64,000 nucleotides of DNA from Eledone cirrhosa (lineage: Eukaryota), in the NCBI GenBank assembly GCA_964016885.1, contig OZ024740.1, forward strand, positions 372,806,001-372,870,000. The letters are read 5' to 3'. Each line of letters opens with the position of its first letter. Within the stretch, counting starts at the first letter, position 1. The translations under genes were made by a program, and so were the position numbers. Shown piece by piece: positions 1-12,140 of the stretch. The notes under the pieces were generated by a model. It was not told where the DNA came from. It did no database searches and was given only the letters and a program-made list of their open reading frames with translations.

Positions 1-279
1 TCGTACACGAAACCGAAACCAGCTGCATTTAAAAGAACTACAAAGGAGCAACTGCCACTTCCATCAAACGATTTGAATTGATCCAAATAAATTTATATCA
101 TTTACCTTCTTTACTACTTATCACACGAGGGGAAGATGGGCGTGTCCGGGTCCAACTATATCCGTGCTTCACAAGACATCCTTGTTCTCAGTAAGGACAA
201 AAACGAAACTTTGCATTCAGTAGTGTAAAAGCTGAAAAGAACCTCTATCTTTCTTGTTCACTTCTTTCCGAAGTAGTGC

Positions 280-2350
280 TACCGTTCTTCAACTCACAGT
301 ACCGTGAGTTCATTCGTTCTGTCACCAGCAGCAATGACCATGTGGTAGGATGTTGGCTAACAAGTCAGTTATTAGTATACCAACTGATGATCAATCCTAT
401 CCAGTGCTTTAGATTGATCTATATTGGTCAATGTCCCACCTCTTTCAGGTTCCTTAGCCGTCCTTTCAATGATGTATTGCACAAGCTGGAGATTGTCGAG
501 GATGGATCTCTTCGAAATCAAATATATTAAGAACCCCCCACTCCCATCCCTACCAGACCAACAACGTCAAGCACCAACCTTATCACTAACAACTTGGCTA
601 ACATTCTAACCTTAGTATTTAGTAGAGTTATATGTCGAAAATAATCAATTTAATCCCGATTGTTCGGGATCTTTCTCAGCATTGCCAACCCTCCACGGCT
701 CTCAAAACCGTGAGTTCCCTTGTTCTCCTGAAAATTGCAATAGACGCCCGCCAAGAGGTCACCCAACGAGCCTGGCATATAAATGTCAAGTTCGTTGGGC
801 AAACCATCCAAACTAAAGGATTTAACCTCCCTACATCTAATCATTTCCTCCTGTATTTAGGTGTCTGTCATTGGCTTTTCTCAACACTCTAAGACAGACC
901 GTCGATGTAGGCATTAATGTCCATCCCACAATCCGATCCGCATCTGCTCACGAGCGTTGTACTGCTGAAAAGCCACACCCATCGATTTGGGATGGAATAA
1001 CATGCGCCTGTGGTGATGCCCCAAAGGCAGGTTTGTGACTTTGTTGCCATGCCGTGCTCCACCACACGGGTACTTTGAACGGCTTTTATCCCCTGGTGTC
1101 TAAGAGCACGCACCTTAGCTCTAACAACGCATCCTTTGTACTTAGCATTGAAGAATTGATCCATGGCCAATCTTGCCGCAAACACGTAGGCTGTTATGCC
1201 TTGGCAGCTAAATATATCTTCTGATTTCCTAACTAACTAACTGTGTACTCTAGTTTTTCTATTGCTACAGTTTTAATAAACCTTATCAAATCTACTCAAA
1301 TCACCATATTCAGGGCGAACCCTCATTTGTTATTGACTATTGTCACCGTCAACGACCGCTTAACAAAGAAACTAATCCGGTTTCTTTAGGCTTTCTGCGC
1401 CGAAAACGATAAGTTCAGCTTCAATTAACTGGGTCCACGACAATGGAGCCATCCTGCTTCACCACACATGTCACATATTTGTGGTCTTTGTAATCGACTA
1501 CCCTAATTTGTGGATTGCCTAATGTATCCTTGTCTATTTCCCAACTAAATAAGCTATCTAGATACGATTTGGATGACCCAATGCGGTTAACCAATACCCA
1601 TATTAGAATATTAGGGAAATCCAGTCGCTACTTATTAGATAGTTGGGAGCGTCTGAGCAGTTTTGCAAGGCTTTTGCAGTCCCTATCCACTAATCCCACA
1701 TTGTGTCAACATACATGTAAAATATCGTTTTAGTCGACCAAAAATAAGAAAGAGCGGGACGTTACTAGACCGTTCTCTAGTCGACTGAAGAAATCAGTTT
1801 GTCCTGTCTTTGTTGAAGCATAGACGGCGACAAAACTGAATCCATGACCTTCGCTGCTGGTCACGTCCGACACCAGGGATTTACCTTACGGCTCCAGGAC
1901 GATCGTCCATATTGCAAGATCCAGGTGTTTCCGGAACAAGACAGCGTCTCCGCTTCCAGATCTCGGACCGCTTGAAGATACATACACTTCTTAGCAATCT
2001 AAAATCAGTGCTCTGATGTCATTCAGCATGTTATCCTGCTTCTACGACGAATCCGGGACACGTGTGTTTAGATTAGGCCATGTTCGATGACGAGATAGAA
2101 AAGTGGGAAGGGCCACTCACCTTAGAAATGTTGAAGGAAGGACGGTTGATACGTCTTTCCAGCCAGTCGTGGGCCCCTGCATCGAAATATAGGTGAATTT
2201 CCATTTTAAATATGTGTATGTGGTTTGTGTGATTTGTAGGTTTACGGGAAGTAGTGGTTTGTCGGGTGCGATGTAGTCTTTTACTTTGATTGGTGTGTTG
2301 TGCTGCGTGTAGTTCAGTAATTTACTGTTGTTAGTGTTGATTGTTGTGTG
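280..2350 (-). mobile_element. Degraded Tx1/L1-clade LINE (ORF1 end, AP endonuclease and RT fragments), same superfamily as the elements at 14949 and 21563
   Basis: Minus ORFs 889-1185 (ARLAMDQFFNAKYKGCVVRAKVRALRHQG) and 650-844 (LDGLPNELDIYMPGSLGDLLAGVYCN) align by eye with ORF2 at 24318/25240. The ORF1/ORF2 junction motif is visible near 2100-2150. Many stops; boundaries approximate. Confidence 0.85.
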
Positions 2351-3749
2351 TGATGTTTATATAATTTGCAATAAGGATGATTGCAATACGGATGGAACAC
2401 TTACAAAAAAAAACCCGTTGTTTGGAAGAGCTTGAATACTCCGGAGGGTACTTGAAAAATAAGGTAGTGAACAGCTAACACTGTAATCCATTTCCAGCGT
2501 TAGAAACTTTCTTTCTCAATTAATACAATATCATACATGCTTTTTTTGTCTGTAGCCGTCATAACACGAATAGCCTGGACTTCTTTCACAAAATAAGTCA
2601 GTTGGGCAATAATTCTAAGGATTTAGTAAAAGAGGGCTCTACCCAAAGCGCCCGCTAGTTGTAAACTTCATTTAGACCAGATTCAGGACATATCGTGACT
2701 ATTATGATTCTTCTGAACTCTATGTGCTTTCGGGAAATTGTCGATCCGAATGTTTCCCGGAACAATGACAATTAAATACTTATTTCAAAATATTATATAA
2801 TAAAATATGTCAAAACAAAATGCCTTTCGATTTGAATTATGTTTTATAAAATACATTTAAACACCGTTAACAGACCATGTGCGAGACAGACGGTTTTGAT
2901 ATAACAATATTTCTAAACATCACTATATATGGAAATATTACTCATATTGCTTATAGTTTTGATACTTAAGTTCTATGTAATGATATTGTTCTTAATTATG
3001 AAATCCGTAAGTTGAGATGACTCGGCACTTTATTCTCTCGTCACTGAAAATGTATGTGTTTTCCGTCTCAACTTCAATGCCGTGCAAACTATACTCATTG
3101 CATTCACTGCAACTTTAATTCTATTTATTAGATTCATTTTAATTGACAGCTACAAAACCCGCTAAACACTATGATATAAATATCATATTAACAAATATAT
3201 TTGATTTAACCAAATTCCCAATTTAATTTATGTACTGTGCTATTGAAACGAATCCATTGTTATCTACTTATTCAGCAATAAACTATGCCATTAAATATGA
3301 TAACGTGATCAATTCTACGATGTTAACGGATATACATTTTTCCCGCACGATTTCTATTCGGATTAAAAATCTAATATAAATGTCTATTTCCAAAATATTC
3401 TAAGGCATGCATTGTTTATAAATATAACATCAGATTTAAAAAGTGCTTTCCGTTGTCTACAAAAGATTGTCTATAATTGCATAGTGTATAATACATTAGA
3501 ATTTACTGTTTTGAAGTCCTAATATAGTCGGGAGAGCAGTTCTCATACAGAACGGAACGCATGTGGCGTATAGCCAAGCATCTAAAATTCAAAAGAGCCC
3601 ACAAACCCTGGAGTTTCAGTTCGACCTACAGGAAGCACTAGTATGTATGTGGGCGATAGAGTCTCAGGGTGTCACTGGCTGGCAGGAGGATCCCTTGGTT
3701 TAATCAAGAGTTTCAAGATGCTCTCCGCGCAAAGACGGAAGCCTAGAAA

Positions 3750-4674
3750 GCTCTTTCTTGCACTTGTAGTACAAGCATGTACTGAAAGTCGCAGTAGAGA
3801 CAATAAAGGTGTCCGCAGTCAAGATATGGGATAACTTTGGTATTATGCTTGTCCTGGCAAACCATTCGCCGAGTTCATAGTAATAATTCCTTCACCACGC
3901 CTGCTGTCAGGTACGTGTCTGGTGTCCGCCTCTCTTCGGTGATGCTAAAGTTAAAAGAGAAATTAAAGTGTGACAAGACCAATGTAGAGGATGAAATTCA
4001 ACCCGAGATATTAAACGCCTTCGTTAGGTACACTCTGGGTTATTTGTGCGTGCGGATTCAAGTGGATCCCAGGAAAGGCCGATAAGCAATGGAAATCTTG
4101 AGTCATTATCCGAATCCTCAAAAAGGGATACCAGAGCGATTGCTCCATTTATAGAGGAATCTCCCCATTAAAGTTTATGCTAAGTGACTGGCATAAATGT
4201 GTAAGAGTATTGTCGTTGAATGTTCTGCAGGATAATTCGTCAGCTTTGTTTGCGCTTATATCTCTATACCAATGCCGTAGAATTTGTGTTTGGATAAATG
4301 GCGCTAAGACTCAAACATTCACGTCCGACTTTGCCAAGATTGGGTGGCGTCACCTCACCTATTTATTCTCTTCGTGGACAGGTTTGGCATGCTCAGCCGG
4401 ATTGAAAGTGGTATTGAGAATGATGGGTGTATAATGAGTCGGCTGGAATTTGTGAGCGACATGATAAGATTTAATTCGTCAGTAGGTAATCTCCGACATG
4501 CACATGATGGCTGTGCTGCCGAGTGCTGCACGACAGAACTGTATATCAGTGCTGCGTTGACTGGGACACGTGCCACCTCAAGGAAATCTGCACAATGCAC
4601 TCCCCAGAAGAAGATAGAGAGCTTCAGGTATCTTGGTGCTGTGTTCAAGAGTGATAAAAAGCAGGAAGCTTAAT

Positions 4675-4705
<31 letters not shown>

Positions 4706-4710
4706 AAGAA
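3750..4710 (+). mobile_element. Highly decayed RTE-clade LINE fragment followed by (AAG)n
   Basis: Fragments WQTIRR (~3853), ILKKG..DCSIYRGIS (~4110-4165), SPHLFILFVDR (~4350) and KIESFRYLG (~4610). (AAG)n at ~4677-4710. Confidence 0.6.
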
Positions 4711-5281
4711 GGTCTTAAGAAAATAAGTTCTAACAGATGAAACAATGCAACATATGAATATACGGTATAAGGAAGGGTTGTCATCATCACAACACGTGTG
4801 AATATTAAACGTATTTTTTGCTGCGTGAATCATATTCGGAGAAGTAATGTTAAATAAAGATACATACAATTCGTGGATACTAATGATTTAGTACTTTGGG
4901 AAAATAATAATATTGTAACATACATTTGTATATGTATTTAGCAGCATACTCCAAACCATGCAGAAATACTTTAAACCATAATTGAAATTACTGCTTGCAT
5001 TTGACACATTGTTAGAATGCTTCGCAATGTACAGTTTTCCCCGATATAATGTGTATTTTGTTTTTAATAAGAAAAAGCAAAAGAAAGGAACGTATTATAT
5101 TGCTAAAAAAGTAATTACTCAGTTCAGAAAAAAATGACTTGGGTCTTCCACACTAATTTAAGGTTTCCGCTAAAATTGATAGAAATCATTTGTTACTTTA
5201 TATCTTAAGTAAAACATTCTAGTACATGCATATAGAAAACATGTTTATACGCACATATACACATGTATATATATATTTAAA

Positions 5282-5335
5282 TATACATATTATTGAAGAG
5301 GGGATAATGTGCAATCCCCACAATATAAATGTATA
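5282..5335 (+). ncRNA. Degenerate hammerhead-like remnant (probably inactive)
   Basis: TATACAT..TTGAAGA GGGGAT-AATGTGCA-ATCCCC ACAA TATA AATGTATA. Stem II and the outer stem are visible, but GAAA is mutated. Confidence 0.35.
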
Positions 5336-6150
5336 CCTTACATATTTAGATATGTATTCAATCCCCTTTATTACTGTAGTTCAACACCATTGCTTGGTGT
5401 AAATATTTGACAAAAGAATCAAGTCATAATATGGAAGCTGTATATATCTGAGGAGGGAGAGGTGATTGTTTCAGTTGACAAGACATATTGTTACTAAATG
5501 CTTGCACATAAGACACACGCACTCATATGTATGTAGTGGCAACAAAGAATACACAGAGAAAAATACGTTACATAAGGCGAACGAACAACTGCATCATTAA
5601 CCACATTCCAGTGTGTGATTTCGCGCATTAAGTAGGGTTTGTACTTGTAAAGTTTGTTTGCGAAGTATATTGCTAAGTTGCATATGTGTCAATATGACAA
5701 CAAAAATGTTGAAGCATAATTTACGGCTTCTTTCGAGAGAAATATAGATAAATATATTAAACAAATATATTACGACTAGAAATGAATATACAACAGACAT
5801 ATCTAAGAGTTAGGACTAAAAACATTGCAAAATATATGTAATAAAAAGATGGAAACATTTGAATTTCGTCAAAGAAAATTAATGCCCGAACATAAAAAAG
5901 GAATAGATGTAATACTTAGAAAATCTAAGAGATGAAAGAGAAAAAATGATGTATGGGAGAAAAAGGAAAAAGGCAGACGACACAAAGAGCGCGAGAGAAA
6001 AAATGGGAGAGAAGATCGAAAAGTGAGAGTAGGTGAGAGGGCGGAAGATGGGGAAGGAAGAAAAGAGTAATAGAATGAAGAAAGTTAATATGACGTAAAA
6101 TGTAAACAGTAAATCTTCAACTGAGAGCGTGCAACGATATATATATTCCT

Positions 6151-6183
<33 letters not shown>

Positions 6184-6199
6184 TACTCACACACACACG

Positions 6200-6234
<35 letters not shown>

Positions 6235-6306
6235 TTATATATATATATATATATATATACCCATATATATATATGTACAAAAATATAAAAGAAATAAACT
6301 TAAGCC

Positions 6307-6498
6307 AAAATCTGTTTGGTGGGATGTAAGCTAGACCGAGTAAAATAAGTCGGTTTTACTCAGTTACCGAACCTTGGTTTATTGAATTCAGATAACAATT
6401 ATTCTATGATATTGGTATAACCAATAATCGCGGAGCTGCATCAGTAAAACCGAGTTCTTTTAGTCGGTCTAGCTGATATCCACCCAAATAGAGATTTT
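6307..6498. mobile_element. Putative MITE with ~55-bp imperfect terminal inverted repeats
   Basis: AAAATCTGTTTGGTGGGATGTAAGCTAGACCGAGTAAAATAAGTCGGTTTTACT ... AGTAAAACCGAGTTCTTTTAGTCGGTCTAGCTGATATCCACCCAAATAGAGATTTT. Confidence 0.6.
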
Positions 6499-6848
6499 AG
6501 TATTATAATTTTTTTTAAATTCTCTGAGTAGTTAATTCCGAAAATTCGGCTATATATGTATATATCATAAATCATGTCCTTAGAATCACTAGATAAAATA
6601 TATACCATTTCTTCTCCCAATTAGCATAACTAACCATATAAAAAAATCAATTAGACCAATCTATAAGAATAAAGGCTCCTATGAAGAAATTTTCGACAAA
6701 TAACCGAAAGCGGCCTCTTCGCGGTGGCCCCGAGAGAGTATTTATCCAGCATTTCAACAGCATGTGGAAACTGACTAATTATACCGTCAACCATACACAA
6801 TTAGGTGTAAATTCAAACTTAGAAGAAATGTGTACATACCGTAATTAT

Positions 6849-6926
6849 ATCTCTACCTTGGTTTCGTCCGTATTTTTAGACATCCAATAACAGGATATGT
6901 CCAGAGTTTCGGACTCATCAGGACCG
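6849..6926 (-). ncRNA. Type I hammerhead ribozyme-like motif with extended stem II
   Basis: Minus strand: GGTC CTGATGA GTCCG-[inner hairpin]-CGGAC GAAA CCAAGG TA GAGAT. Core intact with a GUA site; stem I is weak. Confidence 0.6.
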
Positions 6927-7589
6927 AACTCTAAATTAGACATTTAATTTTCCAAAGTGATCTCGCCAAAAATAGATTCAAAAATGGCTAAGAATCGTGA
7001 CGTGGCAGTGGTCAAGTTAGAAAGAATGTGATTAGTTGCTTACGGCGGGATGTGTGTGTGTGTATCTGTGTGTGTAGTGAGTGTGTGTGTATGTGTGTAT
7101 CAGTGCGTACGTGTGTCTGTGTGTGGTGTGAGTGTATGTGTATTTTAAATGTCATTTTGTTCTATTTTCTTATGTGCTAAATATGTATATGTCCTAATAG
7201 GCTAATTGAACATAGGTTGGTTACGGCTCATACGAATTTTACTTTACACCCTCTACAAACTATATTGATGAACTTAAAATAATTTACATGTGAATGTAAC
7301 AAGGGCCAATATCTACTACCAATATCTATCACTTCATACATAATATACACATTTCCTAGGAGAATTCTGGTTATATATATAAATAACTTCTATACAAAAA
7401 GAAGGTATTTCCGTACAAAAGGTAAAACAGACACATGTATATAAGTGGTGACGGGGGATAACCATATTTAGAAATTTACTCAATACGCTGGTAGAACATA
7501 GGCAACTTTTTTATATATAGAAATTACTTCCACAGGACTACGACTAGGTAGTCCTCTGTAAGTCATTTCACTATATATATAATATAATA

Positions 7590-7625
<36 letters not shown>

Positions 7626-7626
<1 letters not shown>

Positions 7627-10600
7627 CTCAGAGACAGCTGATCCATCATCCACTGGCCCTATCTGTGGCTCTAAGCCAGCAGAGTCATAACGACCAGGCT
7701 GCTCCTTGACAGTGTAATTAGGGGCTCTGACCCTAGTGCTGTTAGATCGACTCTCCATATTTCTTTTCAATGGCTGACAATACCTTACCGGCGCCACTCG
7801 AATAAGGTAGTTATTTAACCCATAAATGGAGCCCTAACAGGTACTAGCACCCCGGGCCAGGGCAGACCTGGGAGTCATGACAACTAAGGGGTAACTCCAC
7901 ATTCCCCACATCTCCTGAACTCCCGAACTGGAGCCTTGCCACTGGATGTAGTTTAATGTCATACCCAGAATGCAGTTTTGTCCTGCAGAAGAGCCATTAA
8001 AATGGGCACTTTGAATGTGAGGACTATTCGAACGCTGGAGAAGAGAGAGGAGTTGGGACATCTGTTCGAGGAGAGTGGTATACAGATACTTGCGATCCAA
8101 GAACACAGGATTCTACACGATGAGCCCGTGAGGAATGTGATGATCGGGAGGAAGAGCCAGCTCATCACTACATCGGCAGTGAAGAACACAACAAATGCTG
8201 CAGTAGGAGGAGTGGGTTTTGTGTTCAGTGCAAAAAACCAATCTGTTGGTGAGGGAAATAATGCCTATCTCCCCGCGAGTGTTGAGGGTGACCTTCAATG
8301 GAAACCCAAGACTGACAGTCATCTCAGCCTATAGTCCAACCGAGGGGGACAGTGATGTGAATGCCGAGGAGTTCCATGAGGAGGTGTGTAGAGCTGTCAA
8401 CACCACTCAGGCACACAATATCCTGCTTGTTTTGGGGGACTTCAATGCACATCTGAGTAAGGAGGGCAGTGAAGATACTTGCTGGTACTTCCATAACAAC
8501 ACCAACCGAAATGGAAGACTACTGAGAGACACCCTGCTGGAGGCGAACTTGATGGCGACCAACCTAGGGTTTAGGAAGAATCTGGGGAAGATGTGGACCT
8601 ACATCTCAGATATGCACCTGTCCAAGTCCCAGAGTGATTTCATTCTGGTGAGGAAAAAGTGGCGGAATAGTGTTCTGAACACGCAACCATACAGCTATTT
8701 CAGTACACTGGGTAGTGACCACCGGCTTGTTATGAGTGAGGTCCGCGTTAGCTTAAGAAAGAGCAAGGCTCAGCCCCGGAGAACAATCTATGACTGGGGA
8801 GCTTTCAAGGAGGTTCACAGTGGAAGTGAGAAACAGGTTTAGTGCTCTGTGTGGAGAGTCAGAGGAGAGAGAGATTGGATGGACTGAGGAGAGTGTGACG
8901 AGGAGGTACGGGCACTTCACCAATGCAGTGGCGAAAGCAAGTGAAACCCTGGTGCCGAGGAAAAAGAACAAAGGGAAGCACGTCAGCTCTGCAAACCCAA
9001 AAGTGTGTGCAGCCAGAGAACACCTGAAAGCTGCCAGGGACCAATTCTATGCTGATCCTACAGAGGAGAGGATGGAGACTGTGGAGGTGATGAGGGAAGA
9101 GCTCTGTACCGCTTACACTGAGGTCAGAGAGGAGGCACTGATAGAGAAGATCAGAAGTGTGGAGAGAGCGGTTGGCAGATCTGGATGTAAGGAGAGCTGG
9201 ATGATCATCAACGAGATCACAGGGAGAAAGAAAAGGTTTTCGAGTCAGATCCAGGGAACGGGGCCCGAGGATAGGAAGAGGAAATGGCTAGACCATTTTA
9301 GGACCCTACTAGGAGAGCCACCCTCCACAGCCCAGAGCACTGGGGAGATCAGGCGGCGGTTTGAGGAACTGGATGTTGAGACAGAGCCCTTCACCAGAGA
9401 GGAGCTTCAGAGAGCCAAGAATAAGATCAAGGAGGGCAAGGCTCATGGAGAAGATGGAGTGGCATCAGAGGTGATGAAGAGGTGTGATTTTGATGATATC
9501 ATCCTGGGGTTCTGTAACGGGGCACTGGAGAAAGGAGTTGCCCCGAATCAGTGGAGGATCAGTAACATCGTCCCAGTGCCAAAGAAGGGAGATCTCTCTA
9601 ACACCAACAACTACCGGGGGATCTCACTGACGTCACTTGTGGCAAAGACCCTCAACAGGATGATTCTTAACAGGATCCAGCCTGAGATGGAGAAGAAGCT
9701 CAGGGACAACCAGAACGGCTTCAGAGAGGGTAGATCAACCACCAGTCACATCCTGATGCTGAGGAGGATATTAGAGGGAGCTAGAGCAAAGTGCCTTCCT
9801 GCGGTTATGGTTTTCATTGACTTTAGGAAGGCCTTTGATTCTGTGGACCGTTACTGCCTGATGAAGATCTTACAGGCTTATGGAATCCCCAAGAGGATAT
9901 TGGACCTGATATCACTGCTCTACACCAACACCAAAGCCCAAGTCATTACACCTGATGGGATGACAGAGTTCTTTGAGATACTGGCTGGAGTGCTCCATGG
10001 AGATACATTGGCTCCCTACCTTTTTATCATCGTAGTGGACTATTGTATGCGCCTTGCACTGGAGAAACACCAGGACTCTGGCTTTACTGTAGCACCGGCT
10101 CAGAGCAGGAGAGTTGGGGCGAAAAAGGTATCGGATGCTGAATTTGCCGACGACATAGTTTTGGTGACAAATATAGTGAAGAAGGCAGAGGATTTGATGC
10201 GGGAGGTTGAGACTGTGTCGATGAGTGTGGGGATGAGAATGAATGTGACTAAAACAAAATGTCTGGTACAGAATATTGAGAAGCCAGAGGGGATCACTAA
10301 TGTAGGCGGGAAGCCGCTGGAATTGGTTGAGGACTTCCTGTATTTGGGAGCAAAGATTGGGAATACGGAAGATGATGTGGTTGAGAGGAAGAGCAAGGCC
10401 TGGGCGGCGTGTCACAGCTTGAGATCGGTGTGGAAGTCGGACCTTCATAGAGACCTGAAAATCCGCCTCTTCATTGCTGTAGTGGAGTCTGTGCTGCTGT
10501 GTGGGTCTGAGACTTGGACACTGACCAAGAGACTCACTCAGAGGGTGGATGGGTGCTACACGAGAATGCTGAGGATGGCTCTGAACATTAATCAGTATAC

Positions 10601-10900
10601 ACTGAGGATGAAAAACTCAGAGCTGTATGGGAGCATCCCAAAGTCAGCTCAAAAGTGACACAGAGGAGACTGAGGTTGGCTGGACATGCTCACCGACATC
10701 CAGAGTTGACATTGCACTCAGTGCTCCTTTGGCAGCCCCTACATGGACACACTAGAAGAGGAAGACCAAGGTTAACATATGTTGATGCCCTAAGGACAGA
10801 CACTGGTCTGTTGGAGATGCAGGATATGGCAGCGATAATGAGGGACAGAGACCGCTGGAGAGAACTCGTCCATGGACCTCGGGAATTTTACCCGCCTTAG
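7626..10900 (+). mobile_element. Near full-length RTE-clade LINE, frameshifted, between (TA)n tracts
   Basis: APE motifs (GTLNVRT, AIQEHR, AYSPT, LGDFNA, SDHR) and RT motifs (NYRGISL, QNGFR, DFRKAFD, HGDTLAP, FADD, YLG). The ORF ends directly at the TA-rich tail. Confidence 0.95.
7978..10900 (+). pseudogene. RTE endonuclease-reverse transcriptase ORF, broken by about 3 frameshifts
   Basis: Consecutive ORFs 7978-8334, 8219-8842, 8790-10658 and 10655-10900 carry successive parts of one APE-RT protein. Confidence 0.9.
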
Positions 10901-10929
10901 ATATATGTAGATATATATATATAAAATAA

Positions 10930-12060
10930 AATAAAATATATAAGTCAAATGTTACAAATTTAGCTTCGTTTATTACTGCTATATATATTTCGGTGATAGC
11001 CATATATGGTTGTGACCTCTTCAGGCCGTCCGAATTAGTGTGGTATAGACAAGTACATATGTTGTTGAGGTTTATTACGTTGTCAATACTCTGATATGCC
11101 CAGTTCCTGGTTGGGTTGTTATTTTACTGAGGAACTGGAATCATATGAATTCAAACAAACCAATTTCAGTGTCAAAGGGTCTCTTCTCCTCTCCATTGGT
11201 CAGTTGTTAGAACATTCCTCATCCAAAAGTCTATAGAAATTCGTTCTGAGGCAAGCCAATCTCTAGTTGTTGTTCTTGTAATTGTTAGGTACATCTTATC
11301 TCTATTCTTGTGTTGGTAGTGTTGTTATTGTTGAATTAGCTCAACAAATTAATAAAATTGATAGGATGGTAAAGGAACAAAATAAAAAAAATGTTAAACT
11401 TCCCATTGGTCAGTTTTGAGAGCATATCTCAGTCCAAAGTCTATAGAAATTCTTTCTGGGGTGAGGCTCCCTGTAGTGTTTGTGTTTGCTATTGTTAAGT
11501 ACATCTGACCTCTACCCTTATTTTGGTAGTGTTGTTGGTGTTGTGGTCAGCTTATGTCTTGCTCCTGCTGACAATTTAGAAGTATCCGTGTGTGTCTTTC
11601 TTCATCCCTCCTGCCACCATCTCCCGCGGTGGTTGGGGGGGGGGGGGTTCTTCCATGTATATTAAGAAATATATGGCAATAAAATGAAGAAAACAGAAAA
11701 TAAAGAATAAATAGAGAATAAAGAATAAATGAAAAATTAATGAAAAAGTAATGAAAATGAATATGGAGAAGTGAAAAATAAAATGGAGATTAAAATAAAG
11801 TAAGATAAGGTGTGTGTGTGCTATAACCAATCTCAAGGTCAGAAATGTGTTGGATACATTGGTATGAGGACAAGATGGTAAAGGAATAAGATAATCAAAT
11901 AAAATGTGTTTGTGTTATAACCAATCTCAACTTAAAATAAATATAAGGTGATAAAGTGAAGAGAAGAGAAAACAAATAACAAATTAATAATGAGAAATCA
12001 AAATTGAAAAATTGTAAAATCAAAAATCACAAATTAAGTAAATTACATCCAATATATACT
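10930..12060 (-). mobile_element. Non-coding 3' part of a Penelope-like element, with terminal hammerhead and an internal ~140-bp duplication
   Basis: Hammerhead at 10974-11030 followed by AATAAA on the minus strand. Direct repeat ~11193-11330 / ~11402-11540. Bounded by (TA)n. Confidence 0.5.
10974..11030 (-). ncRNA. Type I minimal hammerhead ribozyme-like motif
   Basis: Minus strand: GACGGC CTGAAGA GGTCACAACCA-TATA-TGGCTATCACC GAAA TATATA TA GCAGTA. Palindromic stem III. Confidence 0.7.
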
Positions 12061-12064
12061 CAAA

Positions 12065-12111
<47 letters not shown>

Positions 12112-12140
12112 AATAAATGTATATATATATATATATATAT

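Noticed and set aside
3195-3235. Minus-strand GIWLNQ as a candidate next nAChR exon
   Set aside because: In-frame stop just upstream, no DE.NQ motif and no GT donor.
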